The position numbers and the translations under genes were made by a program. 32,000 nt of DNA from Synechococcus sp. A15-24 (lineage in GTDB: Bacteria > Cyanobacteriota > Cyanobacteriia > PCC-6307 > Cyanobiaceae): NCBI RefSeq assembly GCF_014280195.1, contig NZ_CP047960.1, positions 2,130,001-2,162,000 of the forward strand, read 5' to 3'. This document shows positions 15,168 to 26,458 of the stretch, piece by piece (the stretch's first letter is position 1; the number at the start of each line of letters is the position of its first letter). The notes below the pieces were generated by a model that had not been told where the DNA came from, ran no database searches, and saw only the letters and a program-made list of their open reading frames with translations.

Positions 15168-15899
15168 ATGACCAACCTGCTTTCCAAAACCGCTGTCATT
15201 CACAGACCATCCAACGAGCGTTTTCACAGCCGCCTGAACTGGCTGGATTCCCGCCACACCTTTTCGTTCTCCAATCATTTCGATCCCGCCTGGACAGGCT
15301 TCGGCCCCCTGCTGGTGATCAATGACGACACCATTGCCGCCGGTGAAGGATTTGGCATGCACCCACACCGCGATATGGAAATCATCACGGTGATGGTCGA
15401 GGGTCAGATCAACCACCAGGACTCCATGGGCCACGCTGAAGTGCTGCGGGCTGGAGAGGTGCAACGCATGAGCGCTGGCAGGGGGATCGTGCACAGTGAG
15501 ATGAACAGAGGCCAGTCGCCCTGTCGCCTTCTGCAGATCTGGATTGCACCTGTCCACAAGGGACTTGAGCCGTCCTACGAGCAACGCCACATCGACGTCG
15601 GCAAGGCCTGGACACCGCTGCTGAATCCAGACCCGAGCCAAGGGGCCATGGCCATCGACCGGCCGGTCCGGCTCTGGCGGGCGCAACCCAAGCAGGGGCA
15701 GGAGCTCATCCTGCCCGCTGAAAGTGGTGACACCCTTTGGCTGCAACTGATCAACGGCTCCGTCCAGCTGGAAGGGATTGATGGCGATGCCCCTGATGCG
15801 CTCCAGTGCGGTGATGGCCTGGGACTGCGAAACCAGCGGAACTGGACCCTGACAAGCCAGACCGACGAGGCCGATCTTCTGTTGTTCAGCCTGGCCTGA
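15168..15899 (+). CDS. pirin-family bicupin protein
   Basis: ATG 15168 lies 4 nt after the upstream stop. WLDSRHTFSFSNHFDPAWTGFGPLLVINDDTIAAGEGFGMHPHRDMEIITVMVEGQINHQDSMGH is the pirin N-terminal cupin with its HxH...E metal ligands. Confidence 0.92.
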   Translation: MTNLLSKTAVIHRPSNERFHSRLNWLDSRHTFSFSNHFDPAWTGFGPLLVINDDTIAAGEGFGMHPHRDMEIITVMVEGQINHQDSMGHAEVLRAGEVQRMSAGRGIVHSEMNRGQSPCRLLQIWIAPVHKGLEPSYEQRHIDVGKAWTPLLNPDPSQGAMAIDRPVRLWRAQPKQGQELILPAESGDTLWLQLINGSVQLEGIDGDAPDALQCGDGLGLRNQRNWTLTSQTDEADLLLFSLA

Positions 15900-15915
15900 A
15901 CCGCCACATGTGGAT

Positions 15916-16098
15916 TCATGCCCAAATGACTAGGCAGTAGCGCTCGATACACTTGCGCGTCGCAAAGGTCACATTGCCTGCGTCGCAAAGGATCTCGTCG
16001 ACCACAAATTTCAGAATCTCGCCCAGGCTCCAGACCTTGAGGTGTTGATCCCAAAGAGATTCGGGCAATGCGAGCCACACCAGATCTGGTGCCTTCAA
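15916..16098 (-). CDS. doubtful 60-codon ORF (TTG start), no recognised family
   Basis: This is the only ORF in this lower-GC stretch. A 12-nt direct repeat inside it is read in two different frames, which argues against coding constraint. Confidence 0.15.
   Translation of the reverse strand: MKAPDLVWLALPESLWDQHLKVWSLGEILKFVVDEILCDAGNVTFATRKCIERYCLVIWA
15957..15991. repeat. 12-nt direct repeat GCGTCGCAAAGG x2, 23-bp period
   Basis: The copies lie at 15957-15968 and 15980-15991. Confidence 0.6.
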
Positions 16099-16132
16099 AT
16101 GACAAGGTCACAACAACCGACTCCCAAGAGCG

Positions 16133-16339
16133 ATGGGATTCCCGATGAGCCATGAGGCCGTGGTGCGATACCGCGGCTATCTTCTGCTGCCTCAGACCAA
16201 TCAAAGCTGGCTGGTGCGCCCGGAACGCAGTCCAATGCAGCAATTGCCATTTCGGACGCCGACCTGCTCGCTGGCCGACGTCAAAGCGCTATTGGACTGG
16301 CGACTGTCGCAGGAACGATCAGAGATCGGGGTGGCCTGA
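16133..16339 (+). CDS. hypothetical small protein (68 aa, or 64 aa from ATG 16145)
   Basis: ORF track entry. MSHEAVVRYRGYLLLPQTNQSWLVRPERSPMQQLPF...; no motif recognised. The composition is plausible for coding sequence. Confidence 0.4.
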   Translation: MGFPMSHEAVVRYRGYLLLPQTNQSWLVRPERSPMQQLPFRTPTCSLADVKALLDWRLSQERSEIGVA

Positions 16340-16340
16340 A

Positions 16341-16592
16341 TCAGGCCGCCGCAGGTGGCGGCGTGGGATCGCCCAGGGGTTGGAATGGAATCACCAGGGT
16401 GGCCCAATGGTCGGGTCGCTCTGGGCGAGGGCGACGCGGCTGGCGCACACCGAAGGGCACACGCAGCACATTGGTTCCTTCAATGGGCAAGGTATGGCCT
16501 CGGTTCAGCGCCGACTGCAGGCCTTCAGGCAGTTGTGGCAGATCCGGACCTTGTACTGATTCAGCGGATTTGTTGATGTCGCTCCGATCCAT
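16341..16592 (-). CDS. hypothetical small protein (83 aa)
   Basis: ORF track 16341..16658 starts at a TTG; I prefer the internal ATG 16592 (MDRSDINKSAESVQGPDLPQ...). It is Pro/Arg-rich with no motif recognised. It converges on the 68-aa ORF, leaving 1 nt between the two stop codons. Confidence 0.35.
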   Translation of the reverse strand: MDRSDINKSAESVQGPDLPQLPEGLQSALNRGHTLPIEGTNVLRVPFGVRQPRRPRPERPDHWATLVIPFQPLGDPTPPPAAA

Positions 16593-16638
16593 GGTGTCCC
16601 CCGACAGACGAATCAGTTGCCGAAAAGTTTGACTGAAG

Positions 16639-16658
16639 TTGAACAAACAACTGTTCAA
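16639..16658. promoter_or_regulatory. inverted repeat TTGAACA-N6-TGTTCAA upstream of the 83-aa ORF
   Basis: Perfect 7-bp arms at 16639-16645 and 16652-16658 sit in an AT-rich stretch between the gcvP stop (16740) and ATG 16592. Confidence 0.25.
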
Positions 16659-16739
16659 TCCAAATCATCTTTTCGGTTTTCAGTGAAAATTTACACGCCA
16701 GAAGTCAAAAGCACCAGCCCGAACTGGCACGTCGCCCCC

Positions 16740-19634
<2,895 letters not shown>

Positions 19635-19675
19635 AGAATCCGCCGATCGTAAAGAAGGGTGACCGCAGCCCGATG

Positions 19676-20065
19676 TCAGCCTGCGTTCACCTTGGTGCCG
19701 TAGGTGCCGGCATCCATCAGGGCTTCCAGCTGGGCGGGATCACTGGGGCGCAGCACCAGCAACCAACCTTCCCCATGGGGATCGTTCTGCAACTCCTCAG
19801 GGCTGGCGAGCACCGCTTCATTTCGCTGCACCACCTCGCCGGCCACCGGGGCGTACATGTCCTCCACAGCCTTCACCGATTCAACCGATCCAAACGTGGC
19901 GCCCTTGTCGAGGCTGTCGCCCACGTCGGGGAGATCTACGAACACGATGTCTCCCAACTGATCCACGGCAAAGGCACTGATGCCCACCCGCACAAGCTCA
20001 CCGTCGGCATTGGCGTACTCGTGGCTATCAGCGAAGCGGAAGGAAGCGGGGAACTCGAACGCCAT
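19676..20065 (-). CDS. gcvH: glycine cleavage system H protein (lipoyl carrier)
   Basis: A 129-aa [13 protein letters not shown]...[22 protein letters not shown]....[21 protein letters not shown] contains the lipoyl-lysine motif ESVKA. Confidence 0.97.
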   Translation of the reverse strand: MAFEFPASFRFADSHEYANADGELVRVGISAFAVDQLGDIVFVDLPDVGDSLDKGATFGSVESVKAVEDMYAPVAGEVVQRNEAVLASPEELQNDPHGEGWLLVLRPSDPAQLEALMDAGTYGTKVNAG

Positions 20066-20086
20066 TGACGGCAGATCCAGATGTCT

Positions 20087-21364
20087 TTACCCAGTCTGAG
20101 GGAGATCGATCAACCCCGCTGCATCCAACACTGAAAGAGCCCGGGTGAGTGCCAGCTGGACATGGGCCCGGTGGGTGCCGCCCTGCACATAAAGGTTGAA
20201 AGGTTCACGCAGGGGTGCATCGGCGGAGAACTCGCTGGTGGAGCCATCAATAAAAGTGCCACCAGCCATCACCAGGTCACTGGCATACCCCGGCATCGAT
20301 GCGGGAACAGGATCGAGGTAAGCGCCAACCGGTGAACAGGCCTGGAATGCACGACAGACCAGCTTGAGAGACTCAGGCGAGCCGAGCCGAACCGCCTGGA
20401 TCAGATCACTGCGGTTCGCCCCAGGTTCTGGATTCACCGCAAAACCCAGCCTTTGGAACACGCCAGCCACCAGATCAGCACCAATTAATGCCTCCGCCAC
20501 CATCTGTGGAGCCAGAAACAACCCCTGCAAGACCAGCCGCTGCAGATCAAAACCGGTGCCCCCTTCGCGACCGATGCCCGGCGCCGTGAGCCGGCAACAG
20601 GCCTGCTCCACCAGAGCAGCTCGTCCAGCGACGTACCCCCCCGTTGGGGCGATGGTTCCCCCAAGGTTCTTGATCAGAGAGCCGGCGATCAGATCCGCAC
20701 CCACCTGGGTTGGCTCCTGCTCCTGCACCAGTTCGCCATAACAATTGTCGACGAACACAACGCACTCCGGCTGCCGGGCATGAATGAGGGCACTGAGGCG
20801 TCCGATCTCCGCCACAGCGATCGACGGCCGCCAGCTATAACCGCAGCTGCGTTGGATCAGCACCATGCGGCAGGGGCGCTCCAGAGCACGCTGAACAGCA
20901 TCGACATCCACCGAGCCATCTGCCGTCAGTTCGATTTCGTCGTAACTGACACCGAACTCCGCCAGAGAGCCCTGGCCAGGGTCCCGCAGGCCGATCACTT
21001 CCTCAAGGGTGTCGTAAGGGCTCCCGGTGATGGACAACAACCGGTCGCCAGGCCGCAGCACTCCGAAGAGGGCCGCCGCGATTGCATGGGTCCCGCTGAC
21101 GAACTGCATGCGGACAGCAGCCGCCTCCGCGCCCAGGACGCGCGCAAAGACCCGGTCCACCACCTCACGCCCCTGATCCCCATGGCCGTAGCCGGTGAGG
21201 GAAGCGAAATGCTGTGTGCCCACCCGCTCAGACGCCATTGAAGACAAGACCCGCTCCAGACGCGCCTGAACCAGCTCAGTGCGAGCGGCGGCCAGGGGCT
21301 GTTGCTCTCGGGCAACGGAGGTTACGAATGCCCTTGCGGCAGCACTCCCTTCACCACTCGTCAC
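20087..21364 (-). CDS. aluminium-resistance / Met-gamma-lyase-like PLP enzyme family (YnbB-like)
   Basis: The ORF track gives 20087..21571 with a GTG start. The first 69 codons are Arg/Cys/Pro-rich and look non-coding, whereas in-frame GTG 21364 gives about 425 aa, the length I recall for this family (from memory). FASLTGYGHGDQGREVVDRVFARVLGAEAAAVRMQFVSGTHAIAAALFGVLRPGD is the family signature. The start is uncertain. Confidence 0.85.
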   Translation of the reverse strand: MTSGEGSAAARAFVTSVAREQQPLAAARTELVQARLERVLSSMASERVGTQHFASLTGYGHGDQGREVVDRVFARVLGAEAAAVRMQFVSGTHAIAAALFGVLRPGDRLLSITGSPYDTLEEVIGLRDPGQGSLAEFGVSYDEIELTADGSVDVDAVQRALERPCRMVLIQRSCGYSWRPSIAVAEIGRLSALIHARQPECVVFVDNCYGELVQEQEPTQVGADLIAGSLIKNLGGTIAPTGGYVAGRAALVEQACCRLTAPGIGREGGTGFDLQRLVLQGLFLAPQMVAEALIGADLVAGVFQRLGFAVNPEPGANRSDLIQAVRLGSPESLKLVCRAFQACSPVGAYLDPVPASMPGYASDLVMAGGTFIDGSTSEFSADAPLREPFNLYVQGGTHRAHVQLALTRALSVLDAAGLIDLPQTG

Positions 21365-21609
21365 GATGCGACACCAGAGTCCAGATCTGCAGCATGCCCT
21401 CTCGGCCACGGGTTGCAGCGTCAACTCCTTTAGATTTCGGTCATCAATGGCACCATCCGCTTCACGGCTTTCTGGTCTGAGCGGCCTTGTCAACCCCTGG
21501 AGTCTTCCTGTTGGTTTCCTCGCAAACAGCTGACACCCGTGAGCTTCGGCAACGGGCGGCGGTGCAAGCACCCCGTGGCCCTCTACCGGCCCGACAGCGC
21601 AAGCTGAAG

Positions 21610-22422
21610 ATGGGTACCACCAGCTTCATGGTGGTGATGCATGTGCTGGCCACCGTGGCACTGCTGCCGCGGTTCTGGAGCTGGCAGGGCCTTGTGGCTT
21701 TCGGAGTTCTGTACTGGGTGACCGTCCTTGGCGTCACCTTGGGCCTGCACCGGTTGGTCGCCCACCGCAGCCTGGTGGTTCCGGTCTGGGTGGAGCGCGT
21801 GCTGGTAATCATGGGCACCTTGGCCTGCCAGAGCGGACCGATCGAATGGGTTGGCCTGCACCGCCATCACCACCGTTTCTCCGATCAACCGACCGATCAC
21901 CATGATGCCGGCCGCGGTTTGTGGTGGAGCCACAGCGAGTGGATGTTGCACGACATTCCTGCGCTGAAGGAACTCGATCGCTACGCCGGTGATCTCCAGG
22001 TAGACCCGTTCTATCGCTGGCTGGACCGCTGGTTCCTGTTGCTGCAGATCCCCCTGGGGCTTGGTCTGTACTGGATCGGTGAAGCCGCTCAAGTGCATGG
22101 TGGTGGAGTCGGCCTTGTGCTTTGGGCCATCCCCCTGCGTTTGGTGATCGTTTATCACGTCACTTGGCTAGTTAATTCCGCCACCCACGCCTTCGGCTAC
22201 CGCAACTTCGACTGCCCGGATCTGTCGCGAAACTGCTGGTGGGTAGCGCTGCTCTCCTTCGGTGAGGGTTGGCACAACAACCACCACGCTCACCCAGCGA
22301 GCGCCCGCCATGGTCTGCGCTGGTTTGAATTTGACCTCACCTGGCAACACGTTCGCCTGCTTAAGCGTTTTGGCCTTGCGAGCCGTGTGAGAACTGCTCG
22401 ATATGTGCCCGGGGCTTCCTGA
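21610..22422 (+). CDS. desC: acyl-lipid delta-9 fatty acid desaturase
   Basis: ORF track 21487..22422; I chose ATG 21610. The three histidine boxes are HRLVAHRS, HRHHHRFSD and HNNHHAHP. Confidence 0.92.
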   Translation: MGTTSFMVVMHVLATVALLPRFWSWQGLVAFGVLYWVTVLGVTLGLHRLVAHRSLVVPVWVERVLVIMGTLACQSGPIEWVGLHRHHHRFSDQPTDHHDAGRGLWWSHSEWMLHDIPALKELDRYAGDLQVDPFYRWLDRWFLLLQIPLGLGLYWIGEAAQVHGGGVGLVLWAIPLRLVIVYHVTWLVNSATHAFGYRNFDCPDLSRNCWWVALLSFGEGWHNNHHAHPASARHGLRWFEFDLTWQHVRLLKRFGLASRVRTARYVPGAS

Positions 22423-22495
22423 CTCCCAGATTTCAACTGATCAGGCCACGTCGTAACGTGGTCCATCGCACCGATAACGTCCGCCCCCAGGTTCC

Positions 22496-22954
22496 ATGCC
22501 CAAGCGTGTTCAAGTCGTTCTGAATGAGGACGTCCTCAGCCTCGGCAAGGACGGAGACCTGGTGGAGGTCGCCCCCGGTTATGCCCGCAACTTCCTTCTT
22601 CCCTTCGGCAAAGCGGTCCCTGTCACCCCTGCCGTGATGAAGCAGGTGGAGCACCGTCGTGTCAAAGAAGCCGAACGCCAGGCGGCGCTGAAGCAAGCGG
22701 CCCTTGACTTCCGTACGGCCCTGGACACCATCGGCCGTTTTACCGTGAAGAAGCAGACCGGCGAAGACAACGTGCTCTTCGGCACGGTCACCAACGGCGA
22801 TGTGGCAGAAGCCATCCAAGACGCCACCAAGAAGGATATTGACCGCCGCGACATCGTGGTGCCCGAAATCCACCGCACCGGCAAGTACAGCGTCACGGTG
22901 AAACTCCACAGTGAAGTCACCGCTGAGATCAACCTGGAAGTGGTCAGCTACTGA
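22496..22954 (+). CDS. rplI: 50S ribosomal protein L9
   Basis: [41 protein letters not shown] is the classic L9 N-terminus, and the gene sits in the conserved rplI-dnaB arrangement. Confidence 0.97.
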   Translation: MPKRVQVVLNEDVLSLGKDGDLVEVAPGYARNFLLPFGKAVPVTPAVMKQVEHRRVKEAERQAALKQAALDFRTALDTIGRFTVKKQTGEDNVLFGTVTNGDVAEAIQDATKKDIDRRDIVVPEIHRTGKYSVTVKLHSEVTAEINLEVVSY

Positions 22955-23015
22955 TCCCTAGCGAAACGGCTCATCTGAGCCAAAGTGAGAGACCCGATTG
23001 CAACGGCCAACGGCC

Positions 23016-24431
23016 ATGGTGAGCGTCCCCCTGAGCGATAGCGGCGAGAACGCCGACGGGGGACGCCGAGGGTTCGTCCGCAGCCGCCGCGACCAGGAAC
23101 CAAGCTTTGAAGCCCTGCCAGATTCCGTTCCGCCCCAGAATCTGGAGGCGGAGGAAGCGGTGCTGGGTGGCATCCTGCTTGACCCGGATGCCATCGGCCG
23201 GGTGGCGGATGTGCTGCAGCCGGAGGCCTTCTATCTCAATGCCCACCGGGAGATCTTCCGCACTGCCCTGATGCTGCACAGCCAGGGCAAACCGACAGAC
23301 CTCACGGCAATGAGCGCCTGGCTGGCAGATACTGGGTCGCTGGAGAAGGTGGGGGGTAATTCCCGCCTGATCGAACTGGTGGAACGGGTGCCATCAACCG
23401 CCTCCATCGAGCAGGTGGCGCGGCTGGTGATGGACAAGTTCCTGCGCCGCCAGCTGATCCGCTCCGGCAACGAGGTGATCAAGCTGGGGTTTGACCAAAG
23501 CCTGCCGATGGAGCAGGTGCTCGATCAGGCAGAGCAAACCATCTTCGCGATTAGCCAGGAGAAGCCGTCCAAGGGGCTGACACCCACCGCCGAAATCCTC
23601 ACCCAGACCTTCGAGGAAATCGAAAGCCGCTCCCTGGGCACCTCCGTGGCCGGCATCCCGGTGAACTTCTACGACCTGGATGCGATGACCCAGGGACTGC
23701 AACGCAGCGACCTGATCATCGTGGCCGGCCGGCCGGCGATGGGCAAAACCTCGATGGTGCTCAACCTGGCCAAGAACGTGGCCCAGTTGCACGACCTGCC
23801 GGTGTGCGTGTTCTCCCTGGAGATGAGCAAGGAACAGCTCACTTACCGCCTGCTGTCGATGGAGGTGGGCATCGAAGCGGGAAGGCTGCGCACTGGCCGC
23901 TTGCAGCAGGAGGAATGGCCTCTGCTGGGCCAGGGGATCAACACCCTGGGGCAACTGCCTATCTTCATCGACGACAAACCCAATTCCGGCGTGCTGGAGA
24001 TGCGCTCGCTGTGCCGGCGGCTGATGGCCGAACAGGGCAAGGAGCTGGGGCTGGTGGTGATCGACTATCTGCAGCTGATGGAAGGCTCCAGCCCGGACAA
24101 CCGGGTGCAGGAAATTTCCCGGATCACCAGGGCCTTGAAAGGCATGGCACGGGAACTGAACGTGCCGGTGATTGCCCTCTCCCAGCTCAGCCGTGGCGTG
24201 GAATCGCGCACCAACAAACGGCCGATGCTCAGCGACCTGCGGGAATCGGGCTCGATCGAGCAGGACGCCGACCTGGTGCTGATGATCTACCGCGACGAGT
24301 ACTACAACCCGGAAACCCCCGACCGCGGCATCACCGAAGTGATCGTGACAAAGCACCGCAATGGGCCGGTGGGCACGGTGAAGCTGCTGTTCGAGCCGCA
24401 GTACACCCGCTTCCGAAACCTGGCGGCCTGA
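23016..24431 (+). CDS. dnaB: replicative DNA helicase DnaB (no intein)
   Basis: The ORF track start 22998 is a TTG; ATG 23016 is the first ATG. PPQNLEAEEAVLGGILLD, the Walker A GRPAMGKTS, IDYLQLM and the C-terminal VAKHRNGP-like TKHRNGPVG are all present. Confidence 0.96.
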   Translation: MVSVPLSDSGENADGGRRGFVRSRRDQEPSFEALPDSVPPQNLEAEEAVLGGILLDPDAIGRVADVLQPEAFYLNAHREIFRTALMLHSQGKPTDLTAMSAWLADTGSLEKVGGNSRLIELVERVPSTASIEQVARLVMDKFLRRQLIRSGNEVIKLGFDQSLPMEQVLDQAEQTIFAISQEKPSKGLTPTAEILTQTFEEIESRSLGTSVAGIPVNFYDLDAMTQGLQRSDLIIVAGRPAMGKTSMVLNLAKNVAQLHDLPVCVFSLEMSKEQLTYRLLSMEVGIEAGRLRTGRLQQEEWPLLGQGINTLGQLPIFIDDKPNSGVLEMRSLCRRLMAEQGKELGLVVIDYLQLMEGSSPDNRVQEISRITRALKGMARELNVPVIALSQLSRGVESRTNKRPMLSDLRESGSIEQDADLVLMIYRDEYYNPETPDRGITEVIVTKHRNGPVGTVKLLFEPQYTRFRNLAA

Positions 24432-24452
24432 TCCAGATCAGATAATGAAGCC

Positions 24453-26378
24453 ATGAGCTTCTCCGCCGCCCCCACCGAATCCTTCGATGTGATCGTGGTC
24501 GGTGGCGGCCACGCCGGTTGTGAAGCAGCCATCACAGCCGCCCGGCTTGGACTGAACACGGCTCTGTTCACGCTCAATCTAGATCGCATCGCCTGGCAGC
24601 CCTGCAACCCGGCCGTCGGTGGCCCGGCCAAGAGCCAGCTGGTCCATGAAGTGGATGCCCTCGGTGGGGTGATCGGGCGTCTGGCCGATGCCACTGCCAT
24701 CCAGAAGCGCATCCTCAACGCCAGCCGAGGCCCAGCAGTGTGGGCCCTGCGCGCCCAAACCGACAAGCGTCTTTATTCGCGACAGATGCTGCAACTGCTG
24801 CAGCACACCCCCAACCTCGCCCTACGCGAAGCAATGGTGACCGGCCTGGAAACGACCGGTGAGGGCGATCAGCAACGAACCAGCGGCATCCGCACCTATT
24901 TCGGCAGCGTCTATGGCGCTGAAGCAGTGATCCTCACCGCCGGCACCTTTCTGGGGGGCCGCATCTGGGTGGGGCATCAATCGATGGCCGCCGGCCGTGC
25001 CGGCGAACAGGCCGCCGAAGGCCTTACTGAGGCTCTCCAGCAACTGGGATTCCAGACCGACCGACTCAAAACCGGCACCCCCGCCCGGGTGGACCGGCGC
25101 AGTATCGCCCTTGATCAACTGGAGGAGCAGCCCAGCGATGCGGCCGATCGCTTCTTCTCCTTTGACCCGGCCGCCTGGGTAAGCGGTGAGCAGATGAGCT
25201 GCCACATCACCCGCACCACCGCCGAAACCCATCAGATGATTCGCGACAACCTGCACCTCACCGCCATCTATGGCGGTGTGATCGACAGCAAAGGCCCGCG
25301 CTACTGCCCCTCCATCGAAGACAAGATCGTTCGCTTTGCCGACAAGGACAGCCACCAGATCTTCCTCGAGCCGGAAGGGCGTGACACCCCGGAGATTTAC
25401 GTGCAGGGTTTCTCCACCGGCCTGCCGGAACCGATCCAGCTGCAGCTGCTGCGCAGCCTGCCGGGGTTGGAGCAAGCGGTGATGCTGCGGCCGGCCTATT
25501 CGGTGGATTACGACTACCTACCCGCCACCCAGCTCAAGCCATCGCTGGAAACCAAGCGGGTGCGTGGCCTGTTCAGCGCCGGCCAGCTCAATGGCACCAC
25601 GGGCTACGAGGAAGCTGCAGCCCAGGGCCTGGTGGCCGGCGTCAACGTCGCCCGCCTGATCGGCGGCCAGGAGCCGGTGCACTTCCCCCGCGAGGGCAGC
25701 TACATCGGCACGATGATCGACGATCTGGTGAGCAAGGACCTGCGGGAGCCCTACCGGGTGCTCACCAGCCGCAGTGAATACCGCCTGATCCTGCGGGGTG
25801 ACAACGCCGACCGCCGGTTGACGCCGTTGGGCCGAGAACTCGGCCTGATTGACGACCGCCGCTGGCAACTGTTCGAAGAGAAGCTCCAGGCGATGGAAAG
25901 CGAAAAACAACGGCTGGAAAGCGTGCGTCTCAAGGTGAGTGATCCGGTGGCGCCAGCGGTGGAAGAGGAAACCGGCGCTGCGATCAAAGGCTCGATCACC
26001 CTGGCCGACCTGCTGCGCCGACCCGGCATGCATGCCGCCGATCTGGTGCGCCACGGCCTGGCCGATGCCGACCTGCCGATGCAGGTTCGTGAAGGCGCGG
26101 AGATTGACATCAAATACAGCGGCTATCTGCAGCGGCAACAGCAGCAGATCGACCAGGTGAAACGCCAGAGCCAGCGCAAGCTGCCGGCCGACTTGAACTA
26201 CGCCGGCATCGGCACCCTCTCCAATGAGGCCCGTGAAAAACTTGGAAGCATCCAACCCACCACCCTGGGCCAGGCCAGCCGCATCCCCGGCGTCAGCCAG
26301 GCGGACATCACCGCTCTGCTGATGTGGCTGGAACTGCGCAAGCGTGAGGCCCTCGCCCCCCCTGCAGAAGCTCGATAG
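24453..26378 (+). CDS. mnmG: tRNA uridine 5-carboxymethylaminomethyl modification enzyme MnmG (GidA)
   Basis: [16 protein letters not shown] (FAD fold), [15 protein letters not shown] and [20 protein letters not shown] are diagnostic. Confidence 0.97.
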   Translation: MSFSAAPTESFDVIVVGGGHAGCEAAITAARLGLNTALFTLNLDRIAWQPCNPAVGGPAKSQLVHEVDALGGVIGRLADATAIQKRILNASRGPAVWALRAQTDKRLYSRQMLQLLQHTPNLALREAMVTGLETTGEGDQQRTSGIRTYFGSVYGAEAVILTAGTFLGGRIWVGHQSMAAGRAGEQAAEGLTEALQQLGFQTDRLKTGTPARVDRRSIALDQLEEQPSDAADRFFSFDPAAWVSGEQMSCHITRTTAETHQMIRDNLHLTAIYGGVIDSKGPRYCPSIEDKIVRFADKDSHQIFLEPEGRDTPEIYVQGFSTGLPEPIQLQLLRSLPGLEQAVMLRPAYSVDYDYLPATQLKPSLETKRVRGLFSAGQLNGTTGYEEAAAQGLVAGVNVARLIGGQEPVHFPREGSYIGTMIDDLVSKDLREPYRVLTSRSEYRLILRGDNADRRLTPLGRELGLIDDRRWQLFEEKLQAMESEKQRLESVRLKVSDPVAPAVEEETGAAIKGSITLADLLRRPGMHAADLVRHGLADADLPMQVREGAEIDIKYSGYLQRQQQQIDQVKRQSQRKLPADLNYAGIGTLSNEAREKLGSIQPTTLGQASRIPGVSQADITALLMWLELRKREALAPPAEAR

Positions 26379-26458
26379 CGTTGGGACCCCGCGGGTCCAC
26401 CTTGGCCGTCCGGCTTCCCACCTCCCGTGCCTACTGGAACCTGCGGGCCGAGCAGGTG

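Noticed and set aside
16152-16632. Overlapping plus-strand ORFs 16152..16559, 16355..16576 and 16363..16632 in the islet
   Set aside because: Their products are Arg/Trp/Cys/Gly-rich and they overlap the two more protein-like small ORFs. I cannot fully exclude them because nothing in this islet has a recognisable family.
22444-22463. Hairpin GGCCACG-TCGTAA-CGTGGTC between desC and rplI
   Set aside because: There is no U-tract and I recognise no known L9 leader motif. It could be a stability element, but the evidence is too thin to call.
23016-24431. Possible intein in dnaB, which is common in cyanobacteria
   Set aside because: The ORF is of ordinary DnaB length (~470 aa), with contiguous helicase motifs and no Cys/Ser...HN splice-junction insert.
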